This document shows, in pieces, positions 9,473 through 17,824 of a stretch of 64,000 nucleotides of DNA. The stretch is from an uncultured Planctomycetota bacterium (GTDB taxonomy: Bacteria; Planctomycetota; Planctomycetia; Isosphaerales; Isosphaeraceae): the NCBI GenBank assembly GCA_963737655.1, contig CAVTTN010000002.1, forward strand, positions 4,192,001 to 4,256,000. Reading direction: 5' to 3'. The position numbers and the translations under genes are program-made. Each line of letters starts with the position of its first letter. Within the stretch, counting starts at the first letter, position 1. The notes beneath the pieces were generated by a model. It was not told the origin of the DNA and ran no database searches. It saw nothing but the letters and a program-made list of their open reading frames with translations.

Positions 9473-10285
9473 ATGATGTGCAAGGTTGTGAAGAAGGGGC
9501 TGATCGGGATGGCCATCGGGGCGGGCGCCCTGGGCCTCCTCTACGGCACCTCGGCCCCCAGCTACGTGAAGACCGCCTTCTTCAAGGTCCGCGAGCGGGC
9601 CCAGAGGTCGGTGCCGATCGAGTTCGAGATCGACAAGGCCCGCCAGGAGATCGCCCAGCTCGAGCCGGCGATCAACTCCGGGATCGAGGCGCTGGTCAAG
9701 GCCGAGGTCGAGGCCGAGCACCTCGACAAGGAGATCGTCGCCACCCGAGAGGAGCTGAACCGTGAAGGCCGGGAGCTCCAGGCCCTCAACGACCACCTCA
9801 AGACGGGCGACCTCCACCTGACCAACGGCGTCGCCTACACGGCCAAGGAGGTCAAGACCGACCTCGCCCGCCGGATGGACCACTACCGCCTGGTCAAGAA
9901 CATCCTGGCCGAGAAGCAGGAGACGCTCAAGGTCCGCCAGAAGAACGTCCTGGCCGCCCGCGAGAACCTCGTGGCGATGCAGGCCGCCAAGCGCGACCTG
10001 ATGGCCCGCGTCGAGGGGATCGAGGCCCGCCTGAACCAGATCCGCGCCAGCCGGGCCACCAACGACTTCACCTTCGACGACACGGCCGTCGGCAAGGCGA
10101 AGCAGACCGTCAGCGAGCTGGAGACCAAGCTCGAGGAGATGGTCAAGATCGACGACTACAAGGGCCGCTACGCCGATCGCGGCGTGTCGGTGACCGTCGA
10201 GCCGGGCCGGGACGTCGCCAAGGAGATCGACGCCGAGTTCGGGACCTCCCCGAAGGCGAGCGAGAAGGTCGGCGAGAAGTATTGA
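9473..10285 (+). CDS. Coiled-coil protein with an N-terminal hydrophobic anchor; PspA/IM30-like
   Basis: Long heptad-rich helices, VPIEFEIDKARQEI start of hairpin, C-terminal F-D...ELETKLE; family call is by pattern only. Confidence 0.8.
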   Translation: MMCKVVKKGLIGMAIGAGALGLLYGTSAPSYVKTAFFKVRERAQRSVPIEFEIDKARQEIAQLEPAINSGIEALVKAEVEAEHLDKEIVATREELNREGRELQALNDHLKTGDLHLTNGVAYTAKEVKTDLARRMDHYRLVKNILAEKQETLKVRQKNVLAARENLVAMQAAKRDLMARVEGIEARLNQIRASRATNDFTFDDTAVGKAKQTVSELETKLEEMVKIDDYKGRYADRGVSVTVEPGRDVAKEIDAEFGTSPKASEKVGEKY

Positions 10286-10305
10286 TCGGACCGAGCCGAA
10301 GCCAA

Positions 10306-10345
10306 CCCCGCCCCCTCGGAGGATCGATCCTCCGAGGGGGCGGGG
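10306..10345. repeat. Perfect 40-bp palindrome downstream of the PspA-like gene
   Basis: CCCCGCCCCCTCGGAGGATC|GATCCTCCGAGGGGGCGGGG. Confidence 0.85.
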
Positions 10346-10479
10346 CCGCCCTTCCGAGAATCGCGACGATCCCACGGAACGCGGCGAACCAACGGCCCCC
10401 CAAGGGCGAACCGACGATCAGATCCGGGCGGGAGTTGAGGGACGCGATCCCCATGGTCAACCTGGGCGGTGAGCACACC

Positions 10480-12048
10480 ATGTTGGGACAATGGCGAATC
10501 GTCTTGAAGCAGGCGGAGGAGGCGGCCCGGGCCGGCCGGTTTGACGAGGCGCTGGCCCTCGCCGCCCGGCCCGACGTGGCCGACCACCGCCAGGCCGTGA
10601 TCCTCCGGGCGAAGCTCGCCTCGGACCTCCTGGGCCGGGGCATCCGCCGAGGAGAAGCCGACGACGCCCCCGGGGCCATCGCCGACCTCGACCTGGCCGA
10701 GGCCCACGGAGCGGCCCCCGACGCCCTGGCCTCCGCCCGGATGAAGCTGGCCGAGGGCCTGGCCGAGGAGATCGAGGCCGAGTTCTCGGCCGGCGAGCCG
10801 GCGAGGGTGGCCGACCGGGTCGCCGGCCTGGCCTCGCACAAGGTCTCCGGCCCGCGGCTCCGTCGCCTCCGAGAGGCCGCCGAGGCCTGGCGGAAGGCCC
10901 TCGACGACGCCCGCCGAGGCGAGTTCGGCCTGGCCGAAGAGGGCCTGGATCGCGCCAACCGGCTGGCCGGCGGACTCGGCGCCGACGCCCTGGCGGCCTC
11001 CTCCCGAGAGGTCGCGGGCCGCCGGGACAAGGCTCAAACGCGTGTCGAGCGGCTCTATCAGGCCCTCTCCGCCGGCAAGTGGGGCGAGACCCTGGCCGCC
11101 GCCGAGGCGGTCCTGGAAGTCATCCCCGATCACCCCGCGGCCCGCGGGGCCCGCACCCGGGCCTGGCAGCAGATCGGCGCGATCAACCCGGCGGCCACCC
11201 TGCCCGGCCGGTCGTCCCGAGGAGTTCCGCCGACCGCGCCGATCCCCGCACCGGCCGAACGGCCGGCGCCGATCCGGTTCCTCGCCAGCTCGTCGCCGTC
11301 ACCGGGCCCCGCGCCGGCTGCCTCGCCCAATCGAGCCGGGATCGTCTTCCTCGACTCGGCGCCGAAGTCGAGCGAGGCGTCCACCGTGCCCTGGAACGAC
11401 GCGACGACCCGCCGGGCGTCGATCGCCTCCTCGCGTCCCGAGTCGAGGCTCCGAGGCCGCTTCCTCCTCTGGGCCGACGCCATCGGCGGCTATCTCGTCT
11501 GCCTGGACGACGAGGTCATCCTCGGCCGATCCGGGCCGGACAGCCCGGCCGACGTCCCGCTGCTGGGCGACCTCTCGCGGGACCACGCGGCGATCATCCG
11601 GGACGGGGACGGCTACGTCCTCAAGGCCAAGCACGCGACGTTCCTCAACGGGCGGAAGGTCGATGCGGCCCCGCTGCGAAACGGCGACGTGATCCGCCTG
11701 GGCTCGACGGTGGAGCTGGAATTCCGCCAGCCCAGCCCGGTGAGGCTCGACGGCCCGGCTGGAGATCGTCAGCCGCCATCGCCTGCCGCTGGCCGTGGAC
11801 GGGGTGATCCTGATGGCCGAGACGTGCATCGTGGGGCCCAGCCCCCAGGCGCACGTCCCCGCGGCGAACCTGGAGGCCCCGGTGGTCTTCTATCGGCAAG
11901 GCGGCGGCCTCTGGTGCCGGGCCGCCGGCGAGTTCTCGGTGGACGGCAAGGCGGCCTCGGGCCGGGCGCCCTGGCGCTCAGCTCGTCGGTCGTGGGCGAG
12001 GGCTTCTCGTTCGGCCTGGAGCCCCTGAATCCGAACGCCTCGGCCTGA
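10480..12048 (+). CDS. FHA-domain protein with N-terminal helical/TPR-like repeats; two compensating frameshifts (about 11744 and 11972)
   Basis: ILGR...DLSRDHA...FLNGRKV...GDVIRLG FHA motif; the sensible sequence STARLEIVSRHRLPLAVDGVILMAETC lies in an alternative frame. Confidence 0.85.
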   Translation: MLGQWRIVLKQAEEAARAGRFDEALALAARPDVADHRQAVILRAKLASDLLGRGIRRGEADDAPGAIADLDLAEAHGAAPDALASARMKLAEGLAEEIEAEFSAGEPARVADRVAGLASHKVSGPRLRRLREAAEAWRKALDDARRGEFGLAEEGLDRANRLAGGLGADALAASSREVAGRRDKAQTRVERLYQALSAGKWGETLAAAEAVLEVIPDHPAARGARTRAWQQIGAINPAATLPGRSSRGVPPTAPIPAPAERPAPIRFLASSSPSPGPAPAASPNRAGIVFLDSAPKSSEASTVPWNDATTRRASIASSRPESRLRGRFLLWADAIGGYLVCLDDEVILGRSGPDSPADVPLLGDLSRDHAAIIRDGDGYVLKAKHATFLNGRKVDAAPLRNGDVIRLGSTVELEFRQPSPVRLDGPAGDRQPPSPAAGRGRGDPDGRDVHRGAQPPGARPRGEPGGPGGLLSARRRPLVPGRRRVLGGRQGGLGPGALALSSSVVGEGFSFGLEPLNPNASA

Positions 12049-12139
12049 TCCCCGTCAAGATCCTCCCCACGCGGTCGAATCGCTTCCCGGCCCGACGACG
12101 AGCGGTCCGCAACAGGGCGCCGACAGAGAGAGGAACCCG

Positions 12140-14105
12140 ATGAGCGCGACGGCCCGAGATTACCCGGACGCCCCCCCGATGGACGAGACGATCCCCTACG
12201 CTTCGCCCGACCGACCCTCCGGACCCGACGGGGAGCCGCCCATGCCCAGGACCCCGGACGCCTCGCCCCAGCGCTACACCTACGGCTCCGGGGCCCGGCC
12301 CCTGGACGGCTTCACCATCCGTCGGGCGATCGGCCGGGGCGGGTTCGGCGAGGTCTACTACGCCACCTCCGACGCCGGCAAGGAAGTCGCCCTGAAGCTG
12401 ATCACCCGGAACCTCGAGGTCGAGCGCCGCGGGGTGGTCCAGTGCATGAACCTCAAGAGCCCCCACCTCGTCGCCATCCACGACCTGAAGCAGAACGACG
12501 GCGGCGACTCGTTCGTGATCATGGAATACGTCGCCGGGCCCAGCCTCGCCCAGGTCCTCGCCCAGAGCCCCGCCGGGCTCGCCTCGGCCGAGATCCGGAT
12601 GTGGCTGAAGGGCCTGATCGACGGCGTGGCCTACCTCCACGACCACGGGATCGTCCACCGGGACCTCAAGCCCGCCAACCTCTTCCTCGAAGAGGGGATG
12701 GTCAAGATCGGCGACTACGGCCTGACCAAGGCCATCACCGGCGGGACGCAGAACCCCGGCCATTCGGAGTGCGTCGGCACCTGCCACTACATGGCGCCGG
12801 AGACCTCCACCGGCAAGTATCATAAGGCCATCGACATCTACGCCATCGGCGTGATCCTCTACGAGATGGTCACCGGCCGCGTCCCGTTCGACGGCGAATC
12901 GGTGGGCGAGGTGCTCATGAAGCACCTGACCAGCCGGCCGGACCTCACCGTCCTGCCCGAGCCGTTCAAGAGGATCGTGACCCGGGCCCTGGCCAAGGAC
13001 CCCAACCATCGCCCGGCCCGGGTGACCGACCTCCTCCTGCCCGGCGACCTGCCCAGGGAGCCGGAATTGCGGTTCATCGGCGACAAGTCCTGGCCGCCCG
13101 GCACCCCCGGGCCCGGCCAGGCCGCCGCGGAGCCGAAGAAGGACGACGTCCTGAGGATCAACGCCGAGGAGTCCTCGGTCTTCTACATCGGCCCCGAGAC
13201 CCGTCCCCAGCCCCGGGGCGACCGGAACCGGCCCACGACCCGGACCGCCGGCCTGGCCCGGGCCTGGGCCTGGTGGCGGAACCCGCAGTTCGTCCGGCCG
13301 TCGAGGCGGCCCGCGCCCTGGCCGGCGCCCCCGGCCCCGGTGGCGGCGGCCCCGCCTCGGCCGCCGACCCCTCGACCGGCCCCGGCGCCTCCTCCTCGAC
13401 CGATGCAGACCCAGGTCCGCACCGAGCCGGCCCCTCTCGGACCGCCCCCGGCCATGCCCAGCACGCGGGTCCGCGTGGCCGAGGCTCGCCGGGTCGATGC
13501 TCTGGGCGGCCCCGACCGCGGCCCTGGGCTCGGCGATCCTCCTGCCGCTCTTCTCCCTGGCCGAGGGCACCCGGGCCACGGACCCGAGGCAGATGTCCCT
13601 GGTCTTCGGCACCGCCCTGCTCTCCTCCTGGGCGATCCTGGTCGCCGGCAAGCTCTGGGAAGGCAAGAAGAAGGCCACGTTGCGGAAGATGGTCGCGATG
13701 GCGATCCCCGGCGCCCTGATCGGCCTGGCCGGCTTCGGCCTCTGGGACTCGACTCACCTGGGCCCGGTCCAGGATTCGGTGCTCGGCGACCTGGCGAACG
13801 TCTCGACGTCGACCCTTGGCCCGAAGCTGGCCGGGGCGACCACCTTCGCCTCGTTCTTCAGCCTGGCGATGGCCTCGTTCCCCTGGTGGGCCGCCACGGC
13901 CAGGGACCGCCGCCGCCGGGTCCGGCTCTGGCCGGTCCTCCTGGCCTCGTTGCTGGGCGGGACCGAGGCCCTGCTGTTCCCGGGCGTCCTGCCGTTCGGC
14001 CCCCTGGCCTTCGGTGTCGGCGTGATGGTGGCCGGCGTGGTGAGCCCCTGGAGCCGGGAGGCCGCCACCTACGCCCGGGAGGCCCGCCGTCGGCGGGTCG
14101 CCTGA
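12140..14105 (+). CDS. Ser/Thr (Hanks-type) protein kinase with a multi-TM C-terminus; frameshift near 13485
   Basis: IGRGGFGEVY, VALK, HRDLKPAN, IGDYGL, YMAPE; Pro-rich linker; TM domain in the ORF 13497-14105. Confidence 0.9.
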
Positions 14106-14228
14106 GCCTTCCCCGGGCCAACCGTTCAAGGAATCGTCCCCGAGAGCGAATCTCCTGGTGAAGTGACGCCGCTCCGAGAGGCCGGGCCGATCGGCCCGAA
14201 CCGAGGACCCGGCAAGGACCGAATCGCC

Positions 14229-14828
14229 ATGAACCGCCTCTTGCTCTCGCTCCTGATCCCCGCAATCGCCGCGGTCGGCCTGGCCGGCGAGGCCCAGGCC
14301 AAGGCGCCTCGGCCCCCGAAACGGGACCATCGCTCCGCACCTCCGGCACCGGCCGCCGCCCCTCGGGAGCTGCGGACCGTCCAGAGCGAGCTGATGGCCA
14401 GCGTCGAGCGCTCCGAGAACGACCTGACCGTCCAGGTCAAACGGGCCATCGTCGACTGGCTCGCGCAGGACGGCGTCCCCGCCTCGTGGACGCCTCCGAA
14501 GGGCCTCGTCGAGTCGATGCTCGTGGGGAAACCGGCCGTCGAGCCGGTCCAGTGGAAGGACCTCCAGGTCTTCCGGGCCTCTCGCCAGGTCGATTTCTCC
14601 CCCTCGAAGAAGGCTGAGCTGCTGGAGGTCTTCCACCGCCAGCAGGCCGGTCGAAGGCTGGCGATCCTGGGCGGGGGACTCGTGTTCGTCCTCTCCCTGC
14701 TCGGGGCCGTGGCCGGCTACATCCGGGCCGACGAGGCGACCCGGGGCTATTACACCAACCCCCTGAGGCTGGTCGCGGCGGCCGGGGTGTTGACGGCGGG
14801 CGCGGCGGTTTACGGACTCCTGGCCTGA
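14229..14828 (+). CDS. Hypothetical exported/membrane protein (signal peptide + two C-terminal TMs)
   Basis: MNRLLLSLLIPAIAAVGLA signal; YIRADEATRGYYT between two TM helices. Confidence 0.75.
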   Translation: MNRLLLSLLIPAIAAVGLAGEAQAKAPRPPKRDHRSAPPAPAAAPRELRTVQSELMASVERSENDLTVQVKRAIVDWLAQDGVPASWTPPKGLVESMLVGKPAVEPVQWKDLQVFRASRQVDFSPSKKAELLEVFHRQQAGRRLAILGGGLVFVLSLLGAVAGYIRADEATRGYYTNPLRLVAAAGVLTAGAAVYGLLA

Positions 14829-14846
14829 TCGCTCCGGAGGTTCGCC

Positions 14847-15260
14847 ATGATGCTCTCCCTGGTCCTGCTGATCGGCCTGGCGACCACGACGGCCTGGATC
14901 CTCTCCCCGACGTTCCGGGGAGGGCTGCGGCACCTCGCCACCAGGCCCCCCCTGGCGGCGGTCCTCTGGTCGGCCCTGGGGCTCAGCGTCCTGCTCCTCC
15001 TGACCGACCCGCCCTCGGAGCTCGCCTTCGCCTTCGCCGTCGCGGCGATCCTGGCGTTCCTGGTGCTCTGGGTCCGCGAATTCCTCGGCCTGATGACCCT
15101 GACCGACGACGCCTTCCCCGGCCGCCACGACAAGCTGATCTGGGTGGCCCTGATGGTCCTCCTCCCGCCGGTCGGCCTGGCCAGCTTCTCCCTGTTCCGC
15201 CGGGCCTACTGGCCCGCGACCGAGAAGCCGGCCCCGGGACGGGCCTCGGAACTCCTGTAA
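14847..15260 (+). CDS. Small membrane protein with a PLDc_N-like C-terminal hairpin
   Basis: Four hydrophobic segments; FPGRHDKLIWVALMVLLPPVG matches the K..W......P..G pattern. Confidence 0.75.
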   Translation: MMLSLVLLIGLATTTAWILSPTFRGGLRHLATRPPLAAVLWSALGLSVLLLLTDPPSELAFAFAVAAILAFLVLWVREFLGLMTLTDDAFPGRHDKLIWVALMVLLPPVGLASFSLFRRAYWPATEKPAPGRASELL

Positions 15261-15342
15261 GAGGCTCCCGGGGCCGGAGGCTCGGAACCGTCAGAAACGG
15301 TGTCCGATCGGCTCCGGAAAAACCCCCCTGGAATGAGGAAAA

Positions 15343-15416
15343 CGAGTAGGTCCGACTTCAGTCGGGCCTAGAAAAAGGTCTTATTTTCTAGGCCCGACTG
15401 AAGTCGGACCTACTCG
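15343..15416. repeat. GTAG-type REP doublet (33-bp perfect inverted repeat)
   Basis: CGAGTAGGTCCGACTTCAGTCGGGCCTAGAAAA, 8-nt loop, exact reverse complement; each arm holds an internal CCGACT-TC-AGTCGG hairpin. Confidence 0.85.
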
Positions 15417-15625
15417 ATCCCCCTCCATCACCGGGTTTTCTTCAGAGCATGTCCGATCGATATTTGTACCCCAAAATCGATCCGACACCATTTCCGAGTC
15501 CCCATCTCCCGCTTCCCGTCCTGGCTTCCCCGTCTTGCCTCCGGCCGAGGGATCGGGGATGGTGAAGGCGGGCCGTGGCCGATCGGATCGGCCCCTCGGG
15601 CCCCTTTCCCTTCGGGTCTTGATCG

Positions 15626-16912
15626 ATGGATGCTGCCTCCGCGGTTGCCGGGCCGGACGGCCGCCGATTTCGTCGGGCGGCCCTGGGCGGGGCCGTCCTG
15701 ATCGGGGTGGTCGGGGCGGGCCTGGTCCTCTGGGGCTCGATCTCGTCGCAGAGGATGGCCGACCGCGCCCGCCTCGCCCTGGATTCCGGCAAGCTGGACG
15801 AGGCCCAGGCAATCCTCGGCCGCCTGCTCGCCGAGACGCCCGGTTCGGGCGAGGGGCATTACCTCCGGGCCCGCCTGGCCCTCGCCCGCGACCGCCCGGA
15901 AGACGCGCTTCGGGCCCTGGAGAAGGCCCGGGAGGCCGGCTTCGACGAGCCGCCCATCCTCCGCGTGTGGGGCCTGATCCTCGCCCGATCCGGCCGGGCC
16001 CGGGAGGCCGAGCCGGCGTTACGCTCGGCCTGGGAGGCCCTCTCCGCGCCCGATCCGGAAGTCGCCGAGGCGCTCACGAAGATCTATTACGAGGCCTTCC
16101 AGCTTCCCCGGGCCCTGGAGGTCATCGACGGCTGGCTCCGCCGCGAGCCCGACAGCCTCCAGCCCCTCCTGTGGAGGGCCGAGGTCCATTCGCGGACCGA
16201 CCCCGGGCCCGAGGCCCTGGTCCGGGACTTCGACGCCATCCTCGCCAAAGACCCGGACCAGGACGCCTCCCGCCTGGCTCGGGCCGACAACCTCAGCCGG
16301 CTCGGCCATCTCGAACGGGCCAGGGCCGATTATGACCTGTACCTGACCCGCAAGCCCGACGACCCCGCCGGCCACCTCGGCGCGGCCCACGCCGCCGAGG
16401 GGCTGGACGACGACGATTCGGCCCTGATCCACTACGACCGCGTCCTGGCGATCGACCCGAACCGGGGCCAGGCCCTCCTGGGCAAGGCGGCGATCCTCGT
16501 CCGTCGCCGGCAGCTCGACCCGGCGCTCGCCCTGATCGAAAAGGCCGAGACGCTCGCCCCCGACGACCCCGAACCCCACTATCGCCGGAGCGTCGTCCTG
16601 GACCGCCTCGGCCGTCGCGACGAGGCGAAGCGGGAATTCGCCGAGAAGACCCGGCTCCAGGCCGCCCAGGAACGGATCGAGAGGGTCCGCAAGCTCCTCG
16701 TCCGTGACCCCGAGAACGCCGAGCTCCGCGCCGAGGTCACCGCCTGGCTCCTCGACCACGGGAACGCCCCGGAGGGCCTCGAATGGGCCAAACAGACCCT
16801 CGACCGCCGCCCCAACCACGCCCCCACCCTCGCGATCCTCGCCCGGTATTACCGCAGGATCGGCAACGAGGCGCTCGCGAGCTTCTACGAGGCGCAGGTC
16901 AAGGCCCCCTGA
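15626..16912 (+). CDS. Tetratricopeptide repeat protein with an N-terminal TM
   Basis: Multiple TPR-like A..Y...L...P repeats. Confidence 0.85.
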   Translation: MDAASAVAGPDGRRFRRAALGGAVLIGVVGAGLVLWGSISSQRMADRARLALDSGKLDEAQAILGRLLAETPGSGEGHYLRARLALARDRPEDALRALEKAREAGFDEPPILRVWGLILARSGRAREAEPALRSAWEALSAPDPEVAEALTKIYYEAFQLPRALEVIDGWLRREPDSLQPLLWRAEVHSRTDPGPEALVRDFDAILAKDPDQDASRLARADNLSRLGHLERARADYDLYLTRKPDDPAGHLGAAHAAEGLDDDDSALIHYDRVLAIDPNRGQALLGKAAILVRRRQLDPALALIEKAETLAPDDPEPHYRRSVVLDRLGRRDEAKREFAEKTRLQAAQERIERVRKLLVRDPENAELRAEVTAWLLDHGNAPEGLEWAKQTLDRRPNHAPTLAILARYYRRIGNEALASFYEAQVKAP

Positions 16913-16928
16913 GGTGAGTCGCCGGGCG

Positions 16929-17606
16929 TCACGGGAACGGGCAGCCCGAATAGAGCTCGTCGGGCGCGTCGGTCGTGTCGATCGGCTCCTCCTTGAGCCC
17001 CGAGAGCCGGGCGATCCGGGCGTTGAGGTCGCGGAGCATGCTCACCGAGAACCCCGGCCAGAAGGCGTCGAGCTTGCCGTCGCGGTCGATCAGGGCGACA
17101 TACGCCGAGTTCTCGGCGCCGAACTCCCGGGTGATCTTCAGGGACTTGTCGGGGACCAGGGGGAACGGCACGCCGTTCCGGTCGGCCCACTTGCGGGCGT
17201 CCTCGGCGTCGTCGTCGATGATCCCGACGAACCGGACCCGCCCTCGATAGGAGGCGTGGAGGCCGTTGAAGAACCCTTCGGCGGCGACGCTGCACGGGCA
17301 GCCGTCCTGGATGAAGACCACGACGACGGGCCCGGTCTTCCACCACTGGGCCAGGTCCACGAGCTTCCCCTCGGCGTCCTTCTCCCGAAAGCTCGGGGCG
17401 GCCTGGCCCTGCCGGGTCGTCGCCCGATCGAGCATCGGGGGAGAGACCTTGTGCCTCTCCTCGGTCGCCGTGACCGTGAGGACCGGCGCGGCCGGGCCGG
17501 CGGCCTTCCCCGGGCGGCCCCTCTCGGCCTTCAACCGGGTCGAGGCATAGAGCCCGGCGACGATCACCAGGAGCAGGGCGAGGGCCAGGAGCGATCGAGT
17601 CTTCAT
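16929..17606 (-). CDS. Exported AhpC/TSA (redoxin) family protein
   Basis: APSFREKDAEG, VVVFIQDGCPCS, FPLVPD, N-terminal TM, C-terminal SGCPF. Confidence 0.8.
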   Translation of the reverse strand: MKTRSLLALALLLVIVAGLYASTRLKAERGRPGKAAGPAAPVLTVTATEERHKVSPPMLDRATTRQGQAAPSFREKDAEGKLVDLAQWWKTGPVVVVFIQDGCPCSVAAEGFFNGLHASYRGRVRFVGIIDDDAEDARKWADRNGVPFPLVPDKSLKITREFGAENSAYVALIDRDGKLDAFWPGFSVSMLRDLNARIARLSGLKEEPIDTTDAPDELYSGCPFP

Positions 17607-17824
17607 CGGGATTCGACTCGGAAGGCCGGGCGCGATCGAAGCCGGGACGGTTTCATGCAGACCCTCATCGTATCGCGACGGACCGAAAACGGCCAGGGTT
17701 CGCGGGACGGGAACTTGCTCGGGTGGCTCGGTTCGAGCTAAGATTCTAGTGCGCCTTGTCCTCCCCAGGGCGCCCCTCGCTCGGTCGCGGCGGGCGACGT
17801 CACCCTACCCGATCGGGACCCTCC

